64,000 bases of DNA from Eledone cirrhosa (GCA_964016885.1 OZ024740.1:211544001-211608000), one strand, 5' to 3'. Positions 49,423 to 62,402 are shown, counted from the first letter of the stretch. The notes: generated by a model from the letters alone, not told the origin. Numbers and translations: made by a program.

Positions 49423-52400
49423 TCGTCGTTGAAGGAATGGACGTACTATCGTAAGTTTGTTTTTTCTACGGTTTGAAATACGTTTGTCATTAATATTTTC
49501 AAACGGGAAATAAGTCTTTAGTCTTTGCCCCCCAAGAAAGGACTCCCCATAATATTTGGGCCTTTTGGCCCAAATATTTAAACTTTGTGTGTTTAAAAGA
49601 AAGTTTTTATAAAATAAAAAAAAACATAGCATAACCCTGCCCCTCCTGCAACAATTTTGAAATGTAATAACACATCAGGCAATATCGCCAACACCAGCAC
49701 CAACAACAGTGAGAACACTAATATAAATAAAAATGACAACAGCAACAACAACAATATTACCAAAAAACAGTAAAAAAAACAAAAACAGTCGTGAACAAGA
49801 ACGACAACAGCACCAGCAACAACGACAGCAAAACCAACAACAACTGCAATAATGACAACAACACCAACAACAGAAAGAACGACAACAAAGACAACGATAT
49901 CAACAACAGTGACAACCACAACAATAGCAACAACAACAATAACAGCAACAATATCAACGAAAACAACAACGAAATTAACACTACTAACCAGAACATAAAC
50001 AGCGACAGCACCAACAGCAACGATACCAACTGCTCCGAAAACAACAACAACGGCGGCACCAAAGATATAACCAACTGCAACAGTAATAACAGCAACAACA
50101 GCAACAAGAACAACGACAACAACAACAACAACACCACCAACGACAAGAAGAACACTTTCGCTAAGGCAGCAGCCAAAAAGATGCCTTGCTTCAGCCTGGA
50201 CCTTTCGAACAAAGATGAAAAGTTGGCCCAGGCCTGGAAGCTCATCAAGCAAGAGCAAACCTGGGCCAACTTAAATGTCCCGGTAGAAGCTATTGAAGCA
50301 GTGGAGCGTAGAACAGTGCATTATAGATGCATCTCAGTGAAAACCAAGAGGGCAGCTTTAATTCCACAAGCAGATGTCGAAGTCGCGCTGAGGTGCATCA
50401 GGGATGACGCCGAATACATAGCGAGGGGCAGATAGTACGGCACCATTTCGGTGCTGTTTAAGTCAGAAGCTCTCGCTATGAAACATGCTATGACACCTTG
50501 TAAAACCAGCAAGGTCATAATGTACCCCTCCCACATGGGAAAAAGAACGGCCCGTCTCCGCATTCCCAGAATCCCACCAGGACTTGCCATGTGGTGGCTT
50601 CTGGGATATGTGATTGTGGAGGGGACGGATACATCTCGATAGAAGTAACAAGAACTGCCAGAGAGGACATGTCCTGGGTTGACCTGGAGATACTTCTCCA
50701 GATCAGGCCCGAGAATGTGAAGACAATCCCGGACCACATCCGTCTTCAGAATGGGACGGTAATACACATTATGACTGAGGGTAAAAGGCCGCATTGTTTC
50801 GTTTGTGGGGAAAAAACCCATTTGCGAGCCTTCTGCCCTCAACTGCTGAAAGATGCAAGGGGTCGAAAGGCTCCACTGCTGCCAACGCCGAGACGAGGAC
50901 CACAACCAACACAAGCACCGGCAAAACCACTAGCAACAACACCAATAGAAAGACCACCACCAACATTGACCACCCAGAGAGGAAACGAGGAAAGTTGTCA
51001 AATACCCCCCCCCCCCCAAAAAAAATACGCACATCAATTAAAACATAAACATACACACAGACACACTAACAGACACAGACCCCTAATCTACCAGTAGTGA
51101 AGATGAGGGAAAACCAAAATCCCCCAAAATAAAAAAACTAAAAAAAAAACTCAACAAAGCACAAAAACACCCGCAATAAAAAATGCAGACACCACCCACC
51201 CAAACATCTCCCCAACAACACCAACATCACACCACCGTCACCATCACCCCCCAAACGCAAACAACCTAAACAGACGCAAGAACAAATACACACACAAACA
51301 ACTGAAACCACAGACACCGCACTCACAACAAACACAGACACAACCGAAACAACACCATCAAGACCATCACCACCAGAACCTCGCAAACAAATAAAATCAC
51401 ACCAACAAAACATACAACACTTCGTGCTCGTCAGGAGGGCCAATAAGGAACTAATGGCCCTCGTAGCACGAAGTAAGGAAATACAAAAAGAGGCGGAAAT
51501 TTTTAAATCGGGCACATTTCGCGTGCCGGAAGATTTGTTTCTGGTGCGAATGTCGCTCGATTTATACAGAGATACGAGACAGCTTTCCTCGGGACGTGGG
51601 AACTCCGAACGTAAAACCCACTTCAAGACTTTTAAAGGGGTTCCCAAAAGAAACCCCACCAACTAGGGAGGTCGAACCACCCGACCTTCACAAGAGCTCG
51701 GGAGGTAAGTAAACCTTTCCTCTCTCTTTTAACCTGCCAACATGGCCGTATTAAGAGTATGAAGTTTAAATGTTCGAGGCCTGGGATCGTCCTGGAAGCA
51801 GGGTCACCTACTCAACGACCTCAGGTCTTTAGAAATGGATGTAATTGCCATCAGCGAGACCAGGATTTCCGTCACGTGCGCACTAGCCCCCATTTTCGAC
51901 GACTATCAGATCTTTGCATCTGTTAGTCGGTCGGGAATGGGAGGCGGGGTGGCAGTGCTGTTTAGTAAAGGCCTGGATCTCGCGGTAAGGTCGATCTTCC
52001 AGGACCCGGACGGTAAGTTGGTGGTCTTGGACGTGAACAATATCGAAGATGGTGCCTTTAGACTGGTGGCTGTCTACCGGGGAAGGACAGCCGGATTTCT
52101 TTAGACACCTGGAAGCCTTTCTGAGTACGTCTCGCCCTTTACTGTTAGCGGAGGACTGGAACGGCATCTTAGACGCACGCTGGGACTGTGTGAGAGTATC
52201 ATTATAGGAGCGAGTTGTGCAAAAGCTTCAAGTACTTGATCAGCCAGTTCCAACTGTCTGACAGGTACCGACTGGATTTCCCTAATGCGCCAGTGTGGAC
52301 CTGGACTAACCACATAGGGTCATCTAGATCGTATATAGACAGGATATTCATTAGGAAAGTAGACAGAAATAGTGTAAGCTGTCCCCGTTTTAAAACGGGT

Positions 52401-55347
52401 CGCCTATTCAGATCACAAGTTTGTGATCTGTATAGTCGACCTAGATAAGACGCATTGGTTAGGACCTGGTTACTGGAAGCTGAACATGTCATTTCCGGCA
52501 CGTAAGGCTTACAGGGACCAGGTCAAGCATTTAGTTAAGAAAAAAGTTGGCAGGGGAAGTCGTCAACAATAGATGGGGGGGGGGGGGGGCTCTCAAAAAT
52601 GAGATTAGAGTAATATTGAGAGAGTTTAGCAAAGAAATAGCGTTGGAGAAAAATAGAAAGGAGGGGGAGTTGGTAGATAAGTTAGACGAGGCTAATTGTA
52701 GTGGAATTGCAACTAACGTGCTAGCGGCGAGAATGAGATTACATCATTTCTTCAATGTGAAACACGAAGGTTGCATTGTCAGAGCTAAGGCGCGTGCTCT
52801 GAGAAACGAGGGAACCAAAGCTGTTCGATGGGCCCGCGTGGCAGAGGCGCAGCGTGGTAATAAAAATACGATTCGGTCTTTGACGAACCGAGACGGACAC
52901 GAACTGAGCGATTCCAAGCGGATGTGTGAGGCCTTTCGCCAATATTTTGCTCGGTTGTTCGGGGGAAGTGACGAGTCAGAGACGGTGACGGACTTCAGTC
53001 CCTACCTCGATGGCTTGCCGCAACTCTCGACGGCCGAGGCTGAGCGCTGCGAAAGGCCGATTACTTCAGCCGAGATTCAGGATGCCTTTGTCAGCTGCAT
53101 GAGGCGAAAGTCACCCGGTTTGGATGGTCTGCTCTACGAGCTTTACGTAAATATGCCAGACTTGTTCTCCGATCTCCTCGAAGCGCTCTACTGCAACTGG
53201 CAGCAGAACGGGAGTATTCCCAGTTCTGTGAGCTGGGGTGTAGTGATGCTGATAAGGAAAGACGAGAACAAGAGGGACACATTAGACAATTTCAGGCCCA
53301 TAACTCTGCTCAACACAGTTTAAGATTTGGGCCAAGGTGTTAGCGAAGAGATTGGCGCTTGTCGTCGGGGATTTGGGTGGGGAGGCACAAACTTGTGCAA
53401 TCCCAACCAGGTCCATACACGACAACCTCCGCCTGATGCGATACATCATAGAGAGAGTAGGGTGTAAATCTGGCTTCAGTGGGGCTCTGATCAATTTAGA
53501 TCAATCGAAAGCATTCGATAGGGTCGACCATCGGTACCCAGTGGCTGTCCTTAAGGCAGCTGGCTTCGGCCCTGTCTTCAGAAGCTGGATCTCTGCAATG
53601 CATAGCGGAATCTGCTCGGTGGTCAAAGTTAATGGCCACCTCTCGGAACCGTTTCAGATCTCCCTATCGATCCGCCAAGAGTGCCCTCTCTCCTCCCTTC
53701 TGTACGTATTGACTCTCAAGCCTTTACTGCGGAAGCTGGAGCTGTTGCAGAGCATCCCGCTCGAACCGGGATGCGGAAAGGCTGTGTCGGCTTATGCGGA
53801 CGACATCACCGTGATGGTGTCGGACACCTCAGAAATCGAGGTGGTCGGCAACTTATTGGAGGAATATAAAAGGTTGACGGGAGCAAAACTTAATCCAGAA
53901 AAGTCGGTGGGCTTGCAGCTCGGCACCTGGAGAGGCAAGTCCATTCCGTCCAACAGTGTCGTGGGGTGGTAGACGGACGGACCGGTAAAGTTGCTCGGGG
54001 TTTGGTTCGGGCCAGACCTCCAGGTGGATAAGAATTGGGACGAGGTGACGGGCAGGGTAGGCAGTCTCTCCCAGAAATGGGCCGCGAAGAAGCTATCACT
54101 GAAAGGTCGGGTGGAGGTGGCGAACGCGTACATAACGTCCGTCATCTACTACCGCCTGGCCGTCGTCTCTTGCCTCCGTTTGCACCTCGCCAACTTGGAA
54201 CGGCGCCTCTTCAAATTCTTGTGGAGGGGTCAGGTTCCGTTGGTGGGGCGGTCCATCTGCTGCCAGCACCCTCTACACGGAGGGCTGGACATGCCGTGGC
54301 TAATGATGCGCAGACATGCGCTGAGGCTGCGACATCTCCAGATATTCTGCCTAAACGGTGAACTGGTGTGGTCGCCGTTTGTCAGACGGGCCTTTTCGCA
54401 GCTCGTCTCTTTGACTGAGCTGCAGTCCTGGGTCAAGAAGAGACCGTGACTGGGTGACTGGCATCTGGAATGTTACCAGGCACACACTGCCCTCTCCCAG
54501 GCGGGCAATGCGGTCAGTGGAACTTCCAGTTTCGAGTTCTATAGAGGATTAGTGGTAGGCAAGTGCGACGACGCACTCGGAGAGGCTCTGGGGGTCGATG
54601 AAGTCTAACTAACCAGTCCGTTCCGGAGGACTTTTGAGCCGGAGACGATGGATAATTTCCAAAAATCCCTCGCTTGGCAGTGCTACCGAGGGGCACTGCC
54701 GGTTCGAGGTAAACTCTACAGGCACGGAATTGCTGTCAGACAGACCTGCCCGAGATGCGCGTAGAGCGACGAAACCGTTCTGCACGCACTCGTCTAGTGT
54801 CCGTGCATTACTGACTTGTGGAGTTATGTCGAACAGCTGTTGTCGCGTGTAGAACGGATCCGGCTATCGGCCGAGTCCATAGTGAAGATTGACCCACTGC
54901 CTTCTTTTGGCCACGAAGGGCAGCCAATTTTCCTCTGTCTGGTGGCTGTAGCGAATGAGGTTGTATGGTGGACCAGGTTGAAAGGACTGAAGACAGACAC
55001 TTTTCTCTTCGGCCAATCCCTCATCAACTTTTTCAAGTTTCACTTGGAAAGGAAGGTGAGGGTGGAGAGAGAAGTGCTGCCCCCCAGTACATTTGCTGAA
55101 AGGTAGGTGAATGTGGCGGGAATGGCCCGTGTGAGTGGGCCTACTCTGATCATGCGCCTGGTGGGGTACCTGAGCGAACCCTGGGTGGTCATCTCCTCTA
55201 TTGGGGAAATTTTCATGTTACTTTGTTATTGTTATTCATATTGTTTACACGTTGTATATGTAAACCCCCATTATCCCAGTCTTTTGTATTGTCCCCTATA
55301 TGACGACCCTTGTGGCCATTAAAGAAACCATTATTATTATTATTATT
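49423..55347 (+). mobile_element. Near full-length Tx1/L1-clade LINE (family A), both ORFs disrupted
   Basis: ORF1 with (AAC)n Asn-rich N-terminus and CFVCGEKTHLRAFC knuckle; ORF2 from ATG 51742 (MAVLRV*SLNVRGL, ISETR, GDWN, SYIDRI), RT AYADD, C-terminal Cys/His; (TTA)n tail. Confidence 0.94.
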
Positions 55348-55543
55348 GTGGATTGGCAGTATCGGTAGAGAGTCGGACGCCATGCTTTCCAGCATAGTTA
55401 CGTCCCTTTACGGTCTGAGTTCAAATCCCGTCGAGGTTAACTTTGCCTTTCATCCTTACGGGGTCGATAAAATAAAGTACCAGTAATGTACTGGGTAATT
55501 GCTGGCCTTGTGCCAAAAGTAGAAACAATTATTATTATTATTA
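55348..55543 (+). mobile_element. Dominant tRNA-derived SINE
   Basis: A/B boxes, core, (TTA)n tail. Confidence 0.9.
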
Positions 55544-55575
<32 letters not shown>

Positions 55576-55583
55576 TGTGTGTG

Positions 55584-55628
<45 letters not shown>

Positions 55629-55742
55629 ATGTGTGCGTGCGTGTGTGTATGCAAAAAGCAAGCAGAAATAGCTAAGCAAACGACACAGTGCAATGAAGAA
55701 ATATATTATTAGTTTTACGCTTGTTATAGTAGGAAAAGAGAC

Positions 55743-55774
55743 TTAACGTTTCGGACGCTAGTCCTTCATCAGAA
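55743..55774 (-). ncRNA. Minimal hammerhead ribozyme (family of 14424/35844)
   Basis: UU-CUGAUGA-A-GGAC-UAGC-GUCC-GAAAC-GUU-AA. Confidence 0.75.
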
Positions 55775-55804
55775 TATAGAATGATAAACACACACACTCA
55801 CACA

Positions 55805-55839
<35 letters not shown>

Positions 55840-55879
55840 GCGCACACGCACGCGCGCGCGCGCACACATATATATATAA

Positions 55880-56076
55880 GTTTATCCTGGATTCAATCGG
55901 GGGTAACCGCAGTAAGTAAGGTACCCCATACATAGCAAAGTATAAATATTTAATATAGAAATGGCTTCTTCAAGACTAGAACTGTTTCATTCGTGAGAAA
56001 TCATCAGGAAGCTTCTTGATGATTTCTCCCGAATGAAACAGTTCTAGTCCTGTAGAAGACATTTCTATATTAAATA
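55880..56076. mobile_element. Fold-back element with back-to-back hammerheads (family of 36676)
   Basis: Palindrome ~55947-56076, apex GGAAGCTTCT; CUUC-(C/U)UGAUGA-U-UUC..GAA-U-GAAACAG..CUGUA-GAAG. Confidence 0.8.
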
Positions 56077-56224
56077 AATAAATATTCTGGACTGAAATAG
56101 CCGTCGAAACAGCTTGAGCTCTGCCGTCGGGGTTAAACATTTTCTTATTACCCACTCTACTACCCTAAGTATTGAGTACTCTGGTGCGTTATGGTCCATC
56201 TGGTTCCTTACCACACTTCCTTCG

Positions 56225-56280
<56 letters not shown>

Positions 56281-56289
<9 letters not shown>

Positions 56290-56712
56290 TAAACGGAATA
56301 GAAAATGCTGACAAATTGTTCACAGTTGAAAAATGGTTAAATTAGGAATAAAGGAGTATTAGTGATTGTATGGGTTAGTATTCAGTTGTGGTTTTAAGTT
56401 TTTAAGTTTTTACCGGTTGCGCATTTCTAAATGCTTTTCAAAAATAATTTTGAGATAGAGTGTCCGCGTTGTTTGCTCTGATCTGAGCAAACAACACGGA
56501 CACTCTATCTCAAAATTATTTTTGAAAAGCATTTAGAAATGCGCAACCGGTAAAAACTTAAAAACTTAAAACCACAACTGAATACTACCCCATACAATCA
56601 CTAATACTCCTTTATTCCTAATTTAACCATTTTTCAACTGTGAACAATTTGTCAGCATTTTCTATTCCGTTTACCAATATATAATAACTTGTGTGTTACA
56701 CCTCTATTCTTT

Positions 56713-56715
<3 letters not shown>
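56281..56715. mobile_element. Fold-back element (near-perfect ~200-bp arms, 56281-56682) between (TA)n tracts
   Basis: Apex GCTCTGATCTGAGC; each arm has UUGAAAA-GCAUUU-AG-AAAUGC-GCAAC-CG-GUA hammerhead-like variant. Confidence 0.8.
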
Positions 56716-56747
<32 letters not shown>

Positions 56748-56808
56748 AGTGCGCTGAGATACAACCGGTACTGGCATTGATAAAAATGGTGGGTCCGTCA
56801 ACCCTTAT

Positions 56809-56847
<39 letters not shown>

Positions 56848-56962
56848 ATCTATATACGTGTGTGTTAATGGTCGTAACAGCTTTATTTCCCCATTGTTAA
56901 TAACTTTAACCTAAGTGTTGCATGCCAATTGAGAATGGATCCGGCTAGATAGAAATATGATA

Positions 56963-56993
<31 letters not shown>

Positions 56994-57115
56994 TATGAGG
57001 GAGAGAGCGAACATATCTTGTGTTATAAAGATCTGGATTGTGTACATAGAAGACACATTCATTTGTCTAGGAAATAAATGATAGAGGCTAAAAAGAAAGA
57101 GGGGCTTACGAGAAC

Positions 57116-57213
<98 letters not shown>

Positions 57214-57457
57214 ATTATAAAGCTGACGGCCGTATGTATGTAACAAACTTTTCGCCTAACGACTGGACCAAAAAGCACCAAATTTGCACCTTAGATGTAA
57301 CTTTTTCCAAGTAAAAAAGTGAGGGTATTTTTGTCTTCTAAATTTCGTTCAAAGATTAAAGATATTTTATTGTTTATTTAAATATTCACTTCTTTAACAT
57401 TTTCAAATTTTATACGACATTCCCCTCTCTTTCTTAGTCTATCTTTTTAGATAGATA

Positions 57458-58040
57458 GATTTCTTTATTTACCATAAAGGCATAAAAAGAAGGGACAAAT
57501 ACAAAGGGGGAGTTTACATATAATCGAGTAAAAAGGGTGTAACATGAAAATAATCGAAAATAACCTCAAAAGGGAGGGGACGTGATGGGGGTTGCACCCC
57601 CCCCCCCCCGAAAAAGTGTGCAATCCTTTGCCCGGGGAGCACATGGAGAAGGTGCTCCCCTCTCCTTTACTTCTTTACCTACAGGATGGTATACAGAGAA
57701 GGCCCATTTACACGAGCCATTCTCGCTACTATCACCCACCTTTCATAAAACTGCCTGTGGCCAAGCACCTCTCTCTCCATTCTTATCCTTCTTCGGAAGT
57801 GATATCGGAAGAAGTAGACCAGACTATGGCCAGAGAGGAAGTTGCCTGACCTCAGACCTTTCAATCGTGTCCACCAAACAACCTCTTTCAACATGGCTAT
57901 TACGCACAGAAAAACCGCCTTTGCTTCCTTTGTGAAGATGGGAGGCGGTTTGATTGTCATCACGGACTCGGCGGTCAATTTAATCGGCGCCACCCGCGAC
58001 AGCAGTCGTTCGGCGTAGCCCCACAGATCAGCCACGCCAA
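57458..58040 (-). mobile_element. Tx1/L1-clade LINE (family C) 3' fragment with 19-bp target-site duplication
   Basis: ADLWGYAERLLSRV..KEVVWWTRLKGL; CTATCTTTTTAGATAGATA at 57439-57457 and 58041-58059. Confidence 0.88.
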
Positions 58041-58339
58041 CTATCTTTTTAGATAGATACATAGCTATAACGATGCGCTCTTATAATATGTCTCTGTATG
58101 TCTGGCTGTCTGCATTAGATTCATAGCTATAACGTCGCACGCTTATATCTGTCTGTCTTCACGAACCAAAGTATCGTCTTCCTGTTTTCCTTCGGCTGCA
58201 TCGTTTTTCGAAATATTTACTTCTGCGTTCACAGATTGATATTTTTTAGTTTCAGAAGATCCAGTTAAGGGTGAAAGCAGCGATTTTTTGCTTAAACTTT
58301 AATCTGTCATTTTAATATATATATATATTAAAATAACAG

Positions 58340-58420
<81 letters not shown>

Positions 58421-58425
<5 letters not shown>

Positions 58426-58826
58426 AAATCATATTTATTTCATTATACATATTTCAAGGACACCAAGTCAAATTATGGTGCGCTTTCATCAGATAAAATA
58501 TAATATAGATCAGTTTTATAAATAAATATTGACATACCCTTAAATTTAATAACCCCACTATCCGGGAGCTTCCAACAGAAATGGTCGCATTCTTTAAGGG
58601 TATGTCAATATTTATTTATAAAACTGATCTATATTATATTTTATCTGATGAAAGCGCACCATAATTTGACTTGGTGTCCTTGAAATATGTACAATGAAAT
58701 AAATATGGTTTTATAAATATAGTTTCCATTTGTTAATATATCATATCTTTACTCCAATAATTTGTTGAGTGCTTTATATCAGTTATAAAAATATTTGCTT
58801 GTTGTATCCCAACAATTTAAATAGAA

Positions 58827-58828
<2 letters not shown>
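58421..58828. mobile_element. Fold-back element with hammerhead motifs (plus copy 58640-58695)
   Basis: Arms 58421-58543 and 58594-58716; CUGAUGA-AAG-C-GCACCA..UGGUGU-C-CUU-GAAAUAUGUA. Confidence 0.8.
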
Positions 58829-58877
<49 letters not shown>

Positions 58878-58881
<4 letters not shown>

Positions 58882-59276
58882 GATATTAATAAATGGAAAC
58901 TATATTTATAAAACCATATTTATTTCATTATACATATTTCAGGGATACCAAATTAAATTATGGTATGCCTTCATCAGACAAAATACAATATATAACAGTT
59001 TTACAAATAAGCTTTGACGTACCCTATTAAAATGCAACCATTGTTTTTGGAACAAAGCTTATTTGTAAAACTGTTATATATTGTATTTTGTCTGATGAAG
59101 GCATACCATAATTTAATTTGGTATTCCTGAAATATGTATAATGAAATAAATATGGTTTTATAAATATAGTTTCCATTTATTAATATCGTATATCTACTCC
59201 AAATACTTGTCGAGTGCTTTATATCAGTTATAAAAATATTTACTTGTTGTATCCCAACAATTTTAAATAGAACTTT

Positions 59277-59280
<4 letters not shown>
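58878..59280. mobile_element. Fold-back element, same family as 58421 (plus hammerhead 59087-59142)
   Basis: Palindrome 58878-59192; CUGAUGA-AGG-C-AUACCA..UGGUAU-U-CCU-GAAAUAUGUA. Confidence 0.8.
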
Positions 59281-59362
<82 letters not shown>

Positions 59363-59369
<7 letters not shown>

Positions 59370-59760
59370 ATACTTGGGGAGGGTCATATTGTTGTAATAA
59401 TATGCCAGAAATAATAAGAACACACTCACTGTTTGGTTCGTTTTCGCTTCTGTATCTTTTATATCTCCACAGTTAATTCATTTGGTCCTCAATGTTTATC
59501 ATTGACTGACCAACGGTCAAATATCTATATTATATCTGTATTTTTTACCGTTGGTCAGTCAATGATAAACATTGAGGACCAAATGAATTAACTGTGGAGA
59601 TATAAAAGATACAGAAGCGAAAACCAACCAAACAGTGAGTGTGTTCTGTTATTATTTCTAGCAATATTATTACAACAATACGACCCTCCCCAAGTATAAC
59701 AATATTTGTTTCGACACACGATTTCATATCAAAAACCTCGCAAAACATATTCATCGCCGT
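59363..59760. mobile_element. Fold-back PLE terminus (palindrome 59363-59707)
   Basis: Shares ATATTGTTATACTTGGGGAGGGTC with the Naiad-like PLE 3' UTR at 36975; no canonical hammerhead core seen. Confidence 0.7.
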
Positions 59761-59954
59761 CGTATATATATAATTATATATTCGTGTACAGATATTTTTG
59801 CATACACAAAAGCAAAATATAAACAAACGTATTTATTTCACGAAAGCATAGACGGTTTATCGTCATTGTTACTGCCGATATGCCACCCAAAAAGTCCCAG
59901 CCTGGCCACAAGATCAGATTTTCAAAAAGAAAAAATGTTACTAGAGCAACAGAC

Positions 59955-60452
59955 AGACTAAGCTTCACGATTACCATCAACAAAGCTCAAGGTCAAACCC
60001 TAAGAGTGGCTGGCTTTCATCTGGGAAAACCATGCTTCTCCCATGGTCAATTGTATGTAGGATGCTCTAGGTTGAGCTCGCCAAACAATCTCTTCATCTT
60101 TGCTCCCGAGGGCCGAACAAAGAATGTATACTCTGAGGCTCTAACAATGTAATTTATGTATTTTCTGTTACTTGGAATTTCCATATGGTTGTAAAATTAT
60201 TGTAAAGTTTGTTAAAAAACTTGTTCTCTGTTCAGCCTTTATTGTTGTAACTATCAATTTTCTTTAACGTACTGGCTGCTGAACTGGGGAATCCTAAAAA
60301 CTATTCAAACCCAACATCAGAACACGTTAACCCCCACCCCCTGACTTGACAGGGCATGCGTTATCTTTGCAATGGAGTGGAGGGGGGGGGGGATCCTGAA
60401 AAGATAAAATGTCGGTATACCTAGCCGGGAGCCAGCAGGACGGGTCAGCTAG
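59955..60452 (+). mobile_element. Helitron 3' fragment (Pif1-like helicase C-terminus)
   Basis: FTITINKAQGQTL..CFSHGQLYVGCSR..TKNVY; ends CTAG|T at 60449-60453. A Helitron-like 5' end lies at ~57212. Confidence 0.85.
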
Positions 60453-60488
<36 letters not shown>

Positions 60489-60700
60489 TATTTACCTATT
60501 CAAATGGCCCTAACTGTACAGTTTCATGGTGCAAAACATTAAATATCACTAGGATAGGACGGCTAGTCTACGATTTCCCGCCTTCACTATACACCAATGT
60601 ATTTACGGGTCACTTTCACGACCTTTCAGACCTGTATTAGTTGGAGTGAGGTCATATATTTTGTCGTTCCTGGGGTTTTTAACCCTAGGACAGGAAAATG

Positions 60701-60780
60701 CTTCTCTGATGATCGTTGCTTTTCCATTAATATCCTCGTGATATTTAATGTTTTACACCGTGAAACTGTACAGTTAGGGC
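60701..60780 (+). ncRNA. Type I hammerhead ribozyme with extended stem II, within inverted-repeat element 60488-60800
   Basis: UUCU-CUGAUGA-U-CG..[CAUUAAUAUC/GAUAUUUAAUG]..CG-U-GAAAC-UGUACA-GUU-AGGG. Confidence 0.75.
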
Positions 60781-60896
60781 CATTTGAATAGGTAAATATT
60801 TATATTATATTTTTTAATTTTGATTAATTTTAATTGTATATTAATTTTGATTTATTTTGAAAAATTGGTTGAATTTTACTTGTTCTGCTTATCTTG

Positions 60897-60929
<33 letters not shown>

Positions 60930-60943
60930 CATACACACACACA

Positions 60944-61242
60944 CAGTGTACCCCTGGCATTCGCGGAATTTTCCTCAGAACCTAATAATTGTTCGCGAAA
61001 ACCACCGCATATTCGCGATTTTTAAAAATGGCTTTTATATATATATTTTTAATGTTAAATTATTAATAACAATATACCGTATTTGCCGGTCTATTAGACA
61101 CCCCTTCGCATAAGACGCTCCCTCTATTTTATTATATTTTGGAGTTTATAGGCATTTTTATGGACCACGTCCATATTCGCGGTTTTTCACTCTTTGCGGG
61201 TGCTCTAGGAACGTAACCCTTGCAAACACCGGGGGACAACTG
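60944..61242. mobile_element. Degenerate MITE, Tigger/pogo-like
   Basis: CAGT..CCCC.GG terminus at left and CCGGGGGACAACTG|TA at right; imperfect TIRs. Confidence 0.5.
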
Positions 61243-61619
61243 TATATATTGGACAGATTTCAAGATAAGAATTTTATTTTAAAAGGCTTTTATTATAAGA
61301 TGTGTTGACAATAATTTTCAACTGTCAACATACAGATTGCATTGGCGGCTGCGATGGCGGCGGCGGTTGTAGCGATGGCAGTAGCGGTGGCGGTGGTGGC
61401 AACAACAGCGTAGGCAGTAAATACCAGCAGCATAAGCAACAACATCAGCAAAAGATGTATAATAGATGTAGGTAGCATGAGCGAAGAAAATATCAATAGT
61501 TATGGTGGCAACAGCGACTACAGTGACTACATCAGCAGTGATTAACGTTAGAAGAGCAACAAAGGCAGCCTTAATGACGATGATGGTTTGGTTCATTGAA
61601 TATATTGCTGTTAAATAGC

Positions 61620-62170
61620 AGAGGCAGATAGGAGAGAGATACGAGAGAGAGATATACGAGAGATATATGAGGGAGATAGGAGAGAGATACGAGAGAGAGA
61701 TATACGAGAGATATATGAGGGAGATAGGAGAGAGAGATATAAGAGAGATATGAGACAGATATGAGAGATATAAGAGAGATATGTGAGAGATATAAGAGAG
61801 AGATACGAGAGATATGGGAGATACGAGAGAGAGATAGGAGAGAGATATGAGCGAGATACGAGAGAGATATGAGCGAGATACGAGGGAGATATGAGCGAGA
61901 TATGAGCGAGATACGAGAGAGATATGAAAGAGATACGAAGGAGATATGAGCGAGATACGAGAGTGATATGAGCGAGATACGAGGGAGATACGAGTGAGAT
62001 ATGAGCGAGATACGAGGGAGATATGAGCGAGATACGAGAGAGATATGAAAGAGATACGAGGGAGATATGAGCGAGATATAAGAGAGATATGAGAGAGATA
62101 TAAGAGAGATATGAGACAGATAAAAAGAGATACGAGAGAGATATGACAGAGATATGAGAGAGATATGAGG
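61620..62170. repeat. GAGATA(C/T)GA-based purine-rich simple repeat
   Basis: Direct inspection; explains the Ser/Leu/Ile/Tyr ORFs. Confidence 0.92.
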
Positions 62171-62402
62171 TAACATTGAAAGAATTGAATGAAAACAATT
62201 GAAACCCAACACAGATGTGTAAATCTAATTCTGTGACAGTTAATATAGACATGTAGTGAAGAGAATATTGTGTTCTAGAGACAATTTATATATATGTTTG
62301 TGTGTGTGTATATATATAAGTATGTGTGTGTATATATATATATATATATGTGTATATATATAAGTATGTGTATATATATATATGTATATGTATATGTATA
62401 TA

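Noticed and set aside
59545-59640. Hammerhead in the 59.4-59.7 kb palindrome
   Set aside because: Only a degenerate CAGUCA-AUGAUAA remnant; cannot close stems II and III.
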